A DNA stretch of 64,000 nt from contig LYSW01000004.1 of NCBI GenBank assembly GCA_001657295.1, positions 3,414 through 67,413 on the forward strand. Reading direction: 5' to 3'. Positions 53,092 to 63,372 of the stretch are shown here, one piece after another (positions within the stretch are counted from its first letter, which is position 1; each line of letters starts with the position of its first letter). The DNA is from Oceanicaulis sp. BBD 1991-10. Its GTDB lineage: Bacteria > Pseudomonadota > Alphaproteobacteria > Caulobacterales > Maricaulaceae. The position numbers and the translations under genes are program-made. Below the pieces are notes generated by a model. It had not been told where the DNA came from, made no database searches, and saw only the letters and a program-made list of their open reading frames with translations.

Positions 53092-53874
53092 TCACCTCTC
53101 CTTATGGGGCTGTCTTAGCACGGCGCGGCCGCGCGGACCGCCGAAATACTCCTGAATCCAGGGGTGTGAGTGCTGGGTGAGAGTCGATAGCGGCTCATTG
53201 GCCACAATGCGCTTGTCTGCGATCACGGCGACCCGGTCGCAGATCGCGTGAAGGCTGTCGAGATCATGGGTGATCATGATCACGGTCAGGCCGAGCGCCT
53301 GGCTAAGCTCCAATATCAGATTGTCGAATTCCGACGCCCCGATCGGATCAAGCCCGGCCGTCGGCTCGTCCAGAAAGAGGATGTCCGGGTCCATGGCCAG
53401 CGCCCGGGCGAGGCCCGCGCGCTTTTTCATGCCGCCGGACAATTCGCTGGGCAGCTTCGCGCCGGCATGGTCCGGCAGGCCGGCCAGGCCGATCTTCAGG
53501 TCCGCGATTTCGGCCATGAGAGACACCGGCATGGCGATATGCTCGCGCAGCGGGGCCATGACGTTTTCCTGCACGGTCAGAGACGAGAACAGCGCGCCGG
53601 CCTGGAATAGCACGCCCCAGCGCCGCTCCAGCGCGGTGCGTTCGCGCCGCCGCATTTTGGATCGGGGCTGGCCCTCGAAGAAAATCTCCCCGCCATCGGG
53701 CTCCTTCAGGCCCAAAATCGTGTTGAGCAGCACCGACTTGCCGGAGCCCGAGCCTCCTACGATCCCTTGAATCTCGCCGCGGCGCACCTCGAAATCGAGG
53801 CCGTCATGGACAACATGGCTGCCGAATTGCGACCGCAGGCCGCGCACTTCGATCAGCACGTCCGCGCCGCTCAT
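53092..53874 (-). CDS. ABC transporter ATP-binding protein (MlaF-like)
   Basis: Walker A GGSGSGKS, signature LSGGMKKR and Walker B ILFLDEP. Confidence 0.9.
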   Translation of the reverse strand: MSGADVLIEVRGLRSQFGSHVVHDGLDFEVRRGEIQGIVGGSGSGKSVLLNTILGLKEPDGGEIFFEGQPRSKMRRRERTALERRWGVLFQAGALFSSLTVQENVMAPLREHIAMPVSLMAEIADLKIGLAGLPDHAGAKLPSELSGGMKKRAGLARALAMDPDILFLDEPTAGLDPIGASEFDNLILELSQALGLTVIMITHDLDSLHAICDRVAVIADKRIVANEPLSTLTQHSHPWIQEYFGGPRGRAVLRQPHKER

Positions 53875-55055
53875 ATGTCGAGCTCCAGATAAAGAAGCGC
53901 GAAGAGCGCGTCGATGACGATGACCGCGAAGATCGACTGCACCACCGAGGTGGTCACGCGCGAGCCCAGGCTCTCCACATCACCGCCCACCTGAAGACCG
54001 TGGCGGCAGCCGATGATGGCGATGACCAGGCCGAAGACCGGCGCCTTGGACATGCCGACCATGAAATGGGTGTAGTCCAGCGTGTCCTGCATGCGCGTGA
54101 TGAAGAAGGTCGGCGAGATATCCAGCGTCGCCCAGCTCACCAGCGCGCCGCCGATAATGCCCGTCAGCATCGCGGCGAAGGTCAGAAGCGGCGCCATGAT
54201 CACGCAGGCGATGACCCGGGGAATGACCAGGACCTCGTACGGGTCGAGGCCCATCACCTTCATGGCGTCGATTTCCTGCTGCATCTTCATGGAGCCGATC
54301 GCTGCGGTGAAGGCGCTGTCTGATCGCCCCGCCAGCAGAATGGCGGTGATGAGCACGCCGAATTCGCGCAGCACCGAGATGCCGACAAGCTCCACGGTGA
54401 ACACCGCAGCGCCGAAAGTCTCGAGCAGATTGGCGCCCATGAAGGCGACCACCGCCCCGATGAAGAAGGACAGGACGGCGATGATCGGCAGGGCGTTGAC
54501 GCCTGCGGTCTCCATCAGGTGCACCGTCGCGGTGATCCGCAAGCGGGCGGGGATCAACGCGATGGAGGAAAAGGTCGTCACCGTCCGGCCGAAAAAGGCG
54601 AAGGTGTCCACCGTCTCCGCCCAGGCGTCTTCCAGGCCTTTGCCGATGCGGGCCATCACGGCGATCAGACCGCCGGTGTCCTCTTCGCCGGGCGGGCAAT
54701 GGGCCAGGCGCCGGCGCATCTCCGCCATGAGGCGGCGGGCGGGCCCGTGATCGCCGAAATAGTGCCAATCCCCGTCCGGATCGCCGCAGCGCCTCAAGGT
54801 CCGACCGAGCAGATAGGCGCCTGCGGTGTCGATCCGGCCCAGAAAGGACAGATCGATGATGATGTCGCCGGGTTCATGGCCTTCTTCGATCCGGCGCAAC
54901 GGCGCATCGAAGCGGCCGATCGTCTCCACGACCCAGTCCCCGCGCGGCTCGACAATGATCTTGCCGTCCTCGTCCCGGGTCGTCAGCTCGGCGCGCGCGC
55001 CGGCGATGTCTACGGATGCGATGGCCACCAGGAGCCCCCAAAGATCGCTGTTCAA
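53871..55055 (-). CDS. MlaE-family ABC permease with N-terminal STAS-like extension
   Basis: 394 aa. The C-terminal roughly 260 aa are polytopic and MlaE-like. The N-terminal roughly 120 aa are soluble. The stop overlaps the ATPase start. Confidence 0.8.
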   Translation of the reverse strand: MNSDLWGLLVAIASVDIAGARAELTTRDEDGKIIVEPRGDWVVETIGRFDAPLRRIEEGHEPGDIIIDLSFLGRIDTAGAYLLGRTLRRCGDPDGDWHYFGDHGPARRLMAEMRRRLAHCPPGEEDTGGLIAVMARIGKGLEDAWAETVDTFAFFGRTVTTFSSIALIPARLRITATVHLMETAGVNALPIIAVLSFFIGAVVAFMGANLLETFGAAVFTVELVGISVLREFGVLITAILLAGRSDSAFTAAIGSMKMQQEIDAMKVMGLDPYEVLVIPRVIACVIMAPLLTFAAMLTGIIGGALVSWATLDISPTFFITRMQDTLDYTHFMVGMSKAPVFGLVIAIIGCRHGLQVGGDVESLGSRVTTSVVQSIFAVIVIDALFALLYLELDI

Positions 55056-55085
55056 GCGGCAGGCTTGCCGCCGCTCAAGGCGGCA

Positions 55086-56261
55086 TTATGGCAAGTTTTT
55101 TTCTCTTCGCGAGAGCAGCATTGCGCATATCAGTCCAAACAGCGCGGGTATCGACATGATGGCGAAGCCGGCCGTTCCAATCGCCGCATAGGCGAAGCCG
55201 GATGCGTATGTCGCCCCGGCGAGGACCAATCCGCCCGACAAGGCCGAATTTATCGCCTGCGTCGTGGCCGAAAAGCGTTCCGGCGCCCGTTCGGCGGCGA
55301 ATCTCAGAAACCCCAGATACGTCGCGCCGAAGCTGAAGGCGTGAAGGGATTGCAGCGGAAACAGCAACCAGAGCGGCGGCGCGAGGGCGAGCAGCGCCCA
55401 GCGCAAGATCGAGACGCCCGCGCCCACGGTCAGCATCAAGGTCGGGGACCAGCCGCGCAGCCATTTGGCGCTCGCCCAGAAAAAGATGATCTCGGCCAGC
55501 ACGCCGGTCGCCCATAACAGCCCGACGGCCGCGGCCGGCACGCCGTCGGCGCGCCAGGCGACGGCGGAGAAGGCGTAGTAGAAACCATGGGCGCCCTGAA
55601 CAAGCGCCGAGACCGCGAACGCCAGCGGCAGGCCATTGGCCTTGAGCACGCCGATGAGGTCGGAGATGGCGCGCCCCGCCTGTCTCGCCGGAGCCGGGGC
55701 GCGCCGGCCTTCCGGGAGCATGAGCGCGGCCAGCACCGCCAGACCGGCGCCCGTCAGCGTCCAGTAAAGCGCGGTCTCATCGCCCAGCCAGCCGATCAGC
55801 ACGCCGCACGCCACATTGCCGAAAACGAAGGTCGCCGACCCGACCGCACGCGGCGGGCCGAAGGCGAAGCGCCGGCGGCCGGCCTCCCGGACGGCGAAGC
55901 TGTCGATGATCGGGATGACGCCGGTATAGGCGCCGCCGGCAAGGCCGGCCAGCGCCACGATGAGCCAGGGCTCTTGCGCCGGGATATGCGCGAGAAAGAT
56001 CAGCACGGCGGCCAGAATGAAGGCCGCGACCGCGTCGCGCCGGCGTCGGGCGTTGTCGGCCAGGACCGCCCCAAGCGGCGCGGCGATCACCCGTCCCGCC
56101 ATGGCGGCGCCGGCGGCGAGGCCGATCATCTCAGGGCTCAGGCCCCGGGCTTCGAACCAGACCGGCATGTAAGGCAGATAGGCCCCGAAGCCGAGATAGA
56201 AGGCCCCATAAAACAGAGCAAAGCGCGCCGGGCGCGGCGTCTGGGCGAGCGGCCGTCTCAT
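55086..56261 (-). CDS. MFS transporter (MFS_1_like / phenylpropionate-permease-like)
   Basis: FALFYGAFYLGFGAYLPYMPVWFEARGLS is a typical N-terminus for this subfamily. I chose the internal ATG at 56261. Confidence 0.75.
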   Translation of the reverse strand: MRRPLAQTPRPARFALFYGAFYLGFGAYLPYMPVWFEARGLSPEMIGLAAGAAMAGRVIAAPLGAVLADNARRRRDAVAAFILAAVLIFLAHIPAQEPWLIVALAGLAGGAYTGVIPIIDSFAVREAGRRRFAFGPPRAVGSATFVFGNVACGVLIGWLGDETALYWTLTGAGLAVLAALMLPEGRRAPAPARQAGRAISDLIGVLKANGLPLAFAVSALVQGAHGFYYAFSAVAWRADGVPAAAVGLLWATGVLAEIIFFWASAKWLRGWSPTLMLTVGAGVSILRWALLALAPPLWLLFPLQSLHAFSFGATYLGFLRFAAERAPERFSATTQAINSALSGGLVLAGATYASGFAYAAIGTAGFAIMSIPALFGLICAMLLSRREKNLP

Positions 56262-56378
56262 GGCGCGGACGTGTACGCCCGCTCTTGCGAAACACAAAGC
56301 GCCAAATGAGCCGCCATGCGCCGGTGAACAGTGTTTGCTCTTGGTTTCGCGCAGCACTGGCGATAGCTTCGCGCGCCG

Positions 56379-57668
56379 ATGAAAGACGCCCTGCCCCTCT
56401 CCTCGCCCGACGCCGGCGCGCCCTTGCGCGTTCTGGTGACGAGCTATCGCTCCAACCCCTTCGTGGGCGGCCAGGGAATCTATGTGCGCGCGCTGTCGGG
56501 CGCGCTGGCTGAGGCGGGATGTCAGGTCAGCGTCGCCTCCGGTCCGCCCTATCCCGAACTGGACGCCGGGGTCGAGCTGATCGAGCTTCCCTCGCTTGAT
56601 CTTTTTTCAGAAGACAATGCGCTGATGGCGCTGCGGTTGCGGCATTTGCGCTCGAAGGCCGACCGGCTGGAATGGCTGGCGCACAATACCGGCGCCTTTG
56701 CGGAGATGTTCAGCTTCGCCCATCGCCTCGATACGTTTCTGGAGCGAGAGGCCGATCGCTTCGACGTCGTCCATGACAATCAGACGCTGGCGCCCGCCAT
56801 GATCGCGGTGGATCACCGCTTGCCGGTGCTGACGACGCTGCATCACCCCATCGCGATTGACCGAGATTTCGCAGTGGCGGGCGCAGATGTGTGGTGGAAG
56901 CGATTGCTGGTGAAGCGCTGGCACTCCTTCGTTGAGACCCAGGCGAAAGCCGCCCGGGCCCTGCCTCGCTTTCTGGCGGTCAGCCAAGCGGCGCGCGACA
57001 GCTACGCCGCGCGCTGCGGGCTTGATCCAGCCCGCGTCACGGTCAGCCTCAACGGCGTCGACCACGGCGTCTTTCATCCCGACCCCTTGCTCGAGCGGGA
57101 CGCCGGCCACATCGTGACGCTGGCCAGCGCAGATGTGCCGATCAAGGGGCTGGACATTCTCATCGACGCGCTCGCGCGCTTGAGGCCGCAAGGCTTGACG
57201 CCCAAGCTCACGGTGGTCGGCAGTCTTCGCGAGGGACCGACCCGACAGGCGCTGATCCGGAACGGGCTGATGGACCAGGTCCATTTCGTCGCCGGCCTGA
57301 GCCAGGAAGCTCTCGTCGCGCTTTATCGGCGCGCCACCGTGTTCATCAGCGCGTCGCGCTTTGAAGGCTTCGGCCTGCCGGCTGCGGAAGCCATGGCGTG
57401 CGGCGCGCCCGTCATCGTCTCCGATGGCGGCGCCTTGCCGGAGGTCGCCGGCGAGGCCGGCGTCGTGACCCCTGCGGAAGATGCGGACGCGCTTGCACAT
57501 GCGCTGGCGGCGGTGCTGACCGACACGAACCGGCGCGCGCAAATGAGCACGGCTTCAGCGATGCGTGCGCGCACGGCGTTTCGATGGGACGCGCACGCGC
57601 ACGCCGCCATCAAGCTTTACCGCCAAGCGCTCGCCGAGCGCGCCGGATCCAAGGAGATCGCAGCATGA
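56379..57668 (+). CDS. glycosyltransferase family 4 (GT-B fold)
   Basis: EGFGLPAAEAMACGAPVI (E-x7-E region). The N-terminal VLVTSYRSNPFVGGQGIY resembles a GT4 donor-binding start. Confidence 0.82.
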   Translation: MKDALPLSSPDAGAPLRVLVTSYRSNPFVGGQGIYVRALSGALAEAGCQVSVASGPPYPELDAGVELIELPSLDLFSEDNALMALRLRHLRSKADRLEWLAHNTGAFAEMFSFAHRLDTFLEREADRFDVVHDNQTLAPAMIAVDHRLPVLTTLHHPIAIDRDFAVAGADVWWKRLLVKRWHSFVETQAKAARALPRFLAVSQAARDSYAARCGLDPARVTVSLNGVDHGVFHPDPLLERDAGHIVTLASADVPIKGLDILIDALARLRPQGLTPKLTVVGSLREGPTRQALIRNGLMDQVHFVAGLSQEALVALYRRATVFISASRFEGFGLPAAEAMACGAPVIVSDGGALPEVAGEAGVVTPAEDADALAHALAAVLTDTNRRAQMSTASAMRARTAFRWDAHAHAAIKLYRQALAERAGSKEIAA

Positions 57669-58387
57669 TGGTCACCTTGGATCTCGACGCGCTGTCTCTG
57701 CAAGACGGTCAGCGCGTGCTCGACCTGGGCTGCGGCCGCGGCCGGCACTCCCACGCGCTCTACTGGCATGAGCGCGCGCTCGATGTGACCATGCTGGACC
57801 TTAGCCTGGAGGATTTGAAAGGCGCGATCGACGGCTTTTTCGAATTGCCGCCGCCGCCGGACGACCCGCCGCGCAGCGCGGTCTGGTGCGTCGGCGACGC
57901 CGGCCGCTTGCCGTTCGCCGAGGACAGCTTCGATGTGGTGATCTGCTCGGAAGTCCTCGAGCATCTGCCCGACGTCGATTCCGCCCTGTCCGAGATCGCC
58001 CGCATCACCAAGCCCGGCGGTAAATTCGCCTGTTCCGTCCCGCGCTACTGGCCGGAGGCGATCTGCTGGGCGCTGTCGGAAGGCTATCAAAACACGCCTG
58101 GCGGCCATGTCCGCATCTTTAAGACCGATGCGCTGCGCAACCAGGTTGAGGCGCACGGCTTCGCCGCCTTCAAGCGCCATTGGGCGCACGCCCTGCACAG
58201 CCCCTATTGGTGGCTGCGCTGCGCCAAATGGGAGCGCCAGGAGCAGAGCCGCGCCGTGGCGGCCTACCGCAAGCTGCTGGAGTGGGATCTTCTTAAAAAG
58301 CCCCGCCTGACCCGCTGGACCGAAGCCGCGCTCAATCCGCTTATGGGCAAGTCGGTGGCGTTGTATTTCGACAAGGCGGCGGCATGA
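57665..58387 (+). CDS. class I SAM-dependent methyltransferase
   Basis: Motif I VLDLGCGRGRHS and a post-I acidic residue. The ATG overlaps the GT4 stop (ATGA). Confidence 0.82.
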   Translation: MMVTLDLDALSLQDGQRVLDLGCGRGRHSHALYWHERALDVTMLDLSLEDLKGAIDGFFELPPPPDDPPRSAVWCVGDAGRLPFAEDSFDVVICSEVLEHLPDVDSALSEIARITKPGGKFACSVPRYWPEAICWALSEGYQNTPGGHVRIFKTDALRNQVEAHGFAAFKRHWAHALHSPYWWLRCAKWERQEQSRAVAAYRKLLEWDLLKKPRLTRWTEAALNPLMGKSVALYFDKAAA

Positions 58388-59487
58388 GTCATAACGCGCT
58401 CTCTCTTGGCGTGGATATCGCCGCCTGCGCGGATCGCATCGAGGCGCTGCAGCATCGCGACGGCGCCATTCCCTGGGTCGAGGCGGGCGTTTGGGATCCC
58501 TGGAATCATGGCGAGAGCGCCATGGCTTTGGCCGTCGCGGGACGCCAGACGGCGGTTGAAGCCGCGCTCGACGCCCTGGCCGAGCGCCAGGAGGCCGATG
58601 GCGGCTGGACCGGCGAGCTGGGCGCCGGCGTGCCCATGGCCGAATGCGGCGAGCGCATCGCGCCGCCGGCCATCCCGGTCACCGCGCGCGACACCAATTT
58701 CACCGGCTATGTGGCGGTCACCGTGCTGCGCTGCGCGCTGGCGCTGGACGAGCCGCGCCTGATCGCGCGCCATGCGCCCATGGTCACTGCGGCGCTCGAC
58801 TGGGTCGCGGCGCGCCAGAGCGGCCATGGCGATATCGCCTGGCGCGACCCTGATCCGGGCCAGCATCTTGATGAGGTCGACGCCCTGCGCGCGGGCAACG
58901 CCTCGCTCTATAAAAGCTTTGAGGCGGGCTTGCGGGTGGCGGACGCTCTGGGCCGGCGCAAGTCGGACTGGGCGCTCGCCCGGCGCGGCATCGCCAAGGC
59001 CTTCGCCGAATCCCCGCACCGCTTCGACCGCAAGGGCGTCGACCGCACAAACTACGCCATGGACTGGTATTATCCGATCCTGACCGGCGCGATCTGCGGC
59101 CAGGCCGCCCATCGCAGATTGGAGCAAGGCTGGGAGCGGTTCGTGGTTGCGGACCTGGGTTGCCGCTGCGTTGCGGAGGAACCCTGGGTGACCGCTGCGG
59201 AGACCGCCGAGCTGGCGATGGCCTGCCTGACGCTGGGCCGTCTGGATCAGGCCCGCGCCCTGATCGCCGACCTAAGCCCGCTGGCCAAAGGCGGCGAGGG
59301 TTTCTGGATGGGCTGGCAATATGATCTGGGCATGATCTGGCCCAAGGAGCGGCCCGGCTGGACCTCGGCCGCCGTCGTGCTGGCCGTGGATGCGCTCTAC
59401 CAGATCAGCCCGGGCTCGGATTTATTAATCCGGCACGCAGGCCCCGACGCCTGGCTCAGAGCCGGCGCAGAACCTCGAGCGTATTGA
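58384..59487 (+). CDS. prenyltransferase / terpene-cyclase-like alpha-alpha toroid repeat protein
   Basis: Repeated Q-x2-DG-x-(W/P) type motifs (LQHRDGAIPW, RQEADGGWTGE), as in squalene-hopene cyclase and prenyltransferase repeats. The ATG overlaps the methyltransferase stop (ATGA). Confidence 0.65.
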   Translation: MSHNALSLGVDIAACADRIEALQHRDGAIPWVEAGVWDPWNHGESAMALAVAGRQTAVEAALDALAERQEADGGWTGELGAGVPMAECGERIAPPAIPVTARDTNFTGYVAVTVLRCALALDEPRLIARHAPMVTAALDWVAARQSGHGDIAWRDPDPGQHLDEVDALRAGNASLYKSFEAGLRVADALGRRKSDWALARRGIAKAFAESPHRFDRKGVDRTNYAMDWYYPILTGAICGQAAHRRLEQGWERFVVADLGCRCVAEEPWVTAAETAELAMACLTLGRLDQARALIADLSPLAKGGEGFWMGWQYDLGMIWPKERPGWTSAAVVLAVDALYQISPGSDLLIRHAGPDAWLRAGAEPRAY

Positions 59488-60088
59488 TCCGCTCAACCGG
59501 CTCGAAGAGGCCGGAGGCGAGGGCCAGCTTCCAGATTTCATAGGGCGGGCGGCCGCCGTCTTCCGGGTTCGGGAAGACGTCATGGATCGCCAGCAGCCCG
59601 CCGCGCGCCACATGACCGGACCAGGCGCGGTAATCCGCCAGCGCGGTGTCCATCGCGTGCCCGCCATCAATGAAGACAAAGCTCAACGGCCCGCCGAAGG
59701 CTGCGCCGATATCCGCGCTGCGCCCGACCATCGGAACCACATGGGATTCCAGATCGGCGAGCGCGAGCGTGCGGCGAAGGGCGGGCAAGGTGTCGACGCG
59801 CGACAGCTCGGCGTCGAACAGATCCGGATCGTGATAGCCTTCTCCAGGCTGATGTTCTTCCGAGCCGCGATGGTGATCGACAGCGAACAACAAGCGCCCG
59901 GCGTCCCGGGCCGCGCGTCCAAGATAGACTGAAGAGCGCCCGCACCAGCTGCCGATTTCGACGAAGGCGCCAGGCGCGGCGGCGGCCGCCGCTGACGCGT
60001 GACGCGCAAGCGCCTCGCCCTCGTCATGCGCGAGAAAGCCCTTCACCGATTGCGGATCGAGCCGGTCGCCGGGAATATCAAGGGTCAT
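59456..60088 (-). CDS. class I SAM-dependent methyltransferase (O-methyltransferase/Methyltransf_24-like)
   Basis: FVEIGSWCGRSSVYLG motif I and FIDGGH. Its 3' end overlaps the convergent toroid-protein gene by 32 nt. Confidence 0.75.
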   Translation of the reverse strand: MTLDIPGDRLDPQSVKGFLAHDEGEALARHASAAAAAAPGAFVEIGSWCGRSSVYLGRAARDAGRLLFAVDHHRGSEEHQPGEGYHDPDLFDAELSRVDTLPALRRTLALADLESHVVPMVGRSADIGAAFGGPLSFVFIDGGHAMDTALADYRAWSGHVARGGLLAIHDVFPNPEDGGRPPYEIWKLALASGLFEPVERINTLEVLRRL

Positions 60089-60091
60089 GGA

Positions 60092-60745
60092 CTAGCCGAA
60101 CAGGCCCGAACGCGCCGCCCAGCGGCGCTCGGCGAGCACGTCCGCCGAGGCGGCCAGCCGCGTCTGCGCGGCCCGTAAGCTCTCCAGCCGGGCTTCAAGC
60201 GCGTAGGGCGCGGCCGCGTCCCAATCACCCTGCGCCAGCACAGCTTCAAAAAAGCCGGTCGCCCGGCGCACCGCGCCCAGGCTGCGCTCGACCGCCGCCA
60301 AATCATCGGCCAGCGTTTGCGCGCCCAGGGCCTGATCGCTGCTGGCCACGCCAAGCGCCTGCGTGGCGAGGGCGTTGGTCTCACTCACGAGATCTGAGAT
60401 GTCGACGGAGACCGCTTCAGCTGTCTCGGCCAAGGCCAGATAAAGCGCCACCGGGTCTTCCTGAGGCTCGGCTTCATCCGCATCAGCGCCGCCGATCAAA
60501 CGGTCGAAAAAGCTGCGCGTGGCTTCCGCCGGAGTCGCGCTGACGGTCCATCCAGCCTGGTCAAGCCGATCGGCCAAGGCGTTGGCGGCGCTGCGAAGCT
60601 CCATCTGGCCGGCGATCGCGCCGCCTTCCTGGACGCCACGCATATCGATCGGCGCGCTGGCGCAGCCGGACATCGTCGCGGCGCATAGGGCAAGGCCAAG
60701 ACCCAGAAAAACCGGCTTCACGCCGCGGCGGTTCTTCACCATCAA
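60092..60745 (-). CDS. hypothetical helical lipoprotein
   Basis: Lipobox ATMSGC. The rest is Ala/Leu/Glu-rich and predicted helical. It ends 3 nt before the downstream methyltransferase start. No family was recognised. Confidence 0.6.
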   Translation of the reverse strand: MMVKNRRGVKPVFLGLGLALCAATMSGCASAPIDMRGVQEGGAIAGQMELRSAANALADRLDQAGWTVSATPAEATRSFFDRLIGGADADEAEPQEDPVALYLALAETAEAVSVDISDLVSETNALATQALGVASSDQALGAQTLADDLAAVERSLGAVRRATGFFEAVLAQGDWDAAAPYALEARLESLRAAQTRLAASADVLAERRWAARSGLFG

Positions 60746-60876
60746 TTCGTCCTTTGACCGGAAATCCGGCGCCTACCCCAATAGCACCGCTTTCGGGCGA
60801 GCATAAAAGGGCATACTGTCTGGGTAAACAAACCTCAAACTCACATGGGACGCCGCTGCGCGATAGTTTTGCGATT

Positions 60877-61848
60877 ATGGACACGCACCGCGACGCGCGA
60901 CGGCTGGGTCTCTATCCGCCCTTGGAACCAACCCGCACCGGCATGCTGGACGTGGGCGAAGGCCACCGGGTCTATTGGGAGGAATGCGGCCGCCCCGACG
61001 GCGTGCCGGTGATCGCTTTGCATGGCGGGCCGGGCGGCGGAGCGGCGCCGGCCATGCGCCGTTTTTTCGATCCGACGCGCTACCGCATTCTGATCTTCGA
61101 CCAGCGCGGCTGCGGACGCTCTCGGCCCTTCTCCGAGGTCCGCAATAACGACACCGCGCGCCTCGTCGCCGACATTGAACGCCTGCGCGATTTCTTCGGC
61201 GTCGATCGCTGGGTGGTGTTTGGCGGCAGCTGGGGCGCGACATTGGCGCTCGCCTATGCGCGTCAGGCGCCCGAGCATGTCCTGGCGCTGGTGCTGCGCG
61301 GCGTGTTCGGCTGTACGAAAGCGGAGCTGGATTGGTTTTACCGCGACGGCGCCAACCGGTTATTCCCGGACGTCTGGGACCATTTCGCCGGGCGGCTCGG
61401 CCCGGATGAAGCCGATGACGTGCTGCGCGCGTATCACGCCCGGCTAATGATTGAAGATCCAGCGGCGCGGCGTGAAGACGCCCTGGCCTGGGCGCGCTGG
61501 GAAAGCGCGCTGATCAGCCTGCACGCCGATCCCTTCACGGCGAATCCGGATTCGCGGCGCGCCGACACGCTGGCGCGCATGGAGACGCATTATTTCGTCA
61601 ATGACGGCTTTCTGGAGCGCGACGGGGTCTTGCTGGAGGACACCGCCCACCTGGCTGACATTCCCGGCGTCATCGTCCAGGGCCGCTATGACATGGTGAC
61701 CCCTCCGCACACCGCCTGGCGGCTGCACAAGGCCTGGCCCGGCTCCCGGATCGAATTCGTCCATGACGCCGGCCACGCCGCCGGCGAGCCGGGCACGGTG
61801 GACGGATTGGTGCGCGTGACCCACGCCTTCGCCAAGCGGTTCAGCTAG
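60877..61848 (+). CDS. pip: prolyl aminopeptidase (proline iminopeptidase)
   Basis: LHGGPGGG and GGSWGATLAL nucleophile elbow. The N-terminus LYPPLEP...G.L.V is typical of Pip. I chose the internal ATG at 60877. Confidence 0.88.
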   Translation: MDTHRDARRLGLYPPLEPTRTGMLDVGEGHRVYWEECGRPDGVPVIALHGGPGGGAAPAMRRFFDPTRYRILIFDQRGCGRSRPFSEVRNNDTARLVADIERLRDFFGVDRWVVFGGSWGATLALAYARQAPEHVLALVLRGVFGCTKAELDWFYRDGANRLFPDVWDHFAGRLGPDEADDVLRAYHARLMIEDPAARREDALAWARWESALISLHADPFTANPDSRRADTLARMETHYFVNDGFLERDGVLLEDTAHLADIPGVIVQGRYDMVTPPHTAWRLHKAWPGSRIEFVHDAGHAAGEPGTVDGLVRVTHAFAKRFS

Positions 61849-61868
61849 ACGAAGGCGTCAATCAAAGC

Positions 61869-63227
61869 CTACCCGCCATTCAGAAACGGCAGCGGCACGT
61901 TGAACGTGTCCGCCAGGCCCGTCACGATGATCAGGCCCACCGCCACCGGCGCGAGCCAGCGTATGGTGAAGCGCCAGAAGGCGAACATGCGTGCGCCGGC
62001 GTGCGGCAGCTCTTTCTGCATCAAAGCCTTGGACACCACCCAGCCGGTGAACAGCGCGATCAACAAGCCGCCCATGGGCAGCAGGAATTTGCCCGAGATG
62101 GTGTCGAGCAGATCGAAGAAGCCGCCCGAGAAGGCTGCGCCGACGCCGACCAGGAAAATGATCGCGCCGAAGAAGAGCGCCGAGCCGACGCGGCCGAAAT
62201 CGGTGTGCTCTTCGCCGAAGGCGACAATCACCTGCAGAAGCGAGATCGAGCTGGTCAGCGCCGCGATGAAGGCCAGCAGGAAGAAGGCCGTGCCCAGCAC
62301 CTGACCGCCCGGCATCTGCGCGAATGCCGCCGGCAGGGTCTGGAAGAAGAGGCCCGGGCCCGCGGCCGCGCTGAAGCCGAAGGCGAAGACGAAGGGGAAG
62401 ATCGCCAGACCCGCGATGATCGCCACCATCGTGTCTGCGCCGGCGATGATGCTCGCCGATTGCGGCAGATTATCTTCCCGCTTCAGATAAGAGCCGTAGG
62501 TGATCATGATCGCCGAGCCCACGCCGATGGAGAAGAAGGCCTGTCCCAGCGCCTCCAGGAAGGTGTTCGGCGTGATCACGGAGAGATCCGGCGTGAACAG
62601 ATATTCGATCGCCGCGCCCATATCCCCGGCGATGCCCGCATACACGACCATGCCGACAAGCATCAGGAAGAAAAGCGGCATCAGGATGGTCACCACCCGT
62701 TCAATGCCCTTGGTCACGCCGAAACAGACGATGCCCACGGTGATGGCCATGAAGAAGGTGTGCCAGCCGAGAACCGTGTTGATGTTTTCCGGAGCCGTCA
62801 GCTCGCCGAACACCGCGCCGGCTTCCTCAGCCGTCGCGCCGACAAAGCCGCCCTGGAACATCTCCCAGACAAAGGCCGCGACCCAACCGGCCACGACCGA
62901 GTAGAAACACAGGATCATCACGCCGCCGGCCATGCCGACCCAGCCGGCGATCTGCCAGAGCTCGGACGCGCCGGCGTCGAAGGCCATCTTGCGGGTCGAT
63001 CCCACGGCCGAGGCGCGCGCATGGCGGCCCACGGACAATTCAGCGATCAGGATCGGAAAGGCGATCAGCAGCACGCACAACAGGTAGACGAGGACGAAGG
63101 CGGCGCCGCCGTTTTCGCCGGCGGTGTAGGGAAAGCGCCAGAAATTGCCCAGACCGACTGACGAGCCGATCGCGGCCATCAAGAATCCGAACCGCGTATT
63201 CCAAGTTCCGTGTGCGGCAGCCGCCAT
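61869..63227 (-). CDS. sodium-dependent transporter, SNF/NSS family
   Basis: GLGNFWRFPY motif. The ATG at 63227 is preceded by GGGAGGGAG. Confidence 0.88.
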   Translation of the reverse strand: MAAAAHGTWNTRFGFLMAAIGSSVGLGNFWRFPYTAGENGGAAFVLVYLLCVLLIAFPILIAELSVGRHARASAVGSTRKMAFDAGASELWQIAGWVGMAGGVMILCFYSVVAGWVAAFVWEMFQGGFVGATAEEAGAVFGELTAPENINTVLGWHTFFMAITVGIVCFGVTKGIERVVTILMPLFFLMLVGMVVYAGIAGDMGAAIEYLFTPDLSVITPNTFLEALGQAFFSIGVGSAIMITYGSYLKREDNLPQSASIIAGADTMVAIIAGLAIFPFVFAFGFSAAAGPGLFFQTLPAAFAQMPGGQVLGTAFFLLAFIAALTSSISLLQVIVAFGEEHTDFGRVGSALFFGAIIFLVGVGAAFSGGFFDLLDTISGKFLLPMGGLLIALFTGWVVSKALMQKELPHAGARMFAFWRFTIRWLAPVAVGLIIVTGLADTFNVPLPFLNGG

Positions 63228-63372
63228 GGATGAGTCTCCCTCCCCTGAAGCCGCGCGGCTTTCGCGCGTCAGCTTCGATGCATCAGCCGCAATCCCCAAC
63301 GACGTGCGGCGCTTTGGCGCGGGAGGGTGGTCGATCAGACCAGACCGGTCAAGCGGTTGGCGCCGGTGAGCT

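Noticed and set aside
62001-63161. 386-aa plus-strand ORF antisense to the SNF transporter (and similar shadows at 22811..23770, 54519..55517, 48125..49012, 10784..11659)
   Set aside because: They have charged low-complexity composition (runs of D/E/R/H/G) and no motifs. The opposite strands encode well-recognised proteins.
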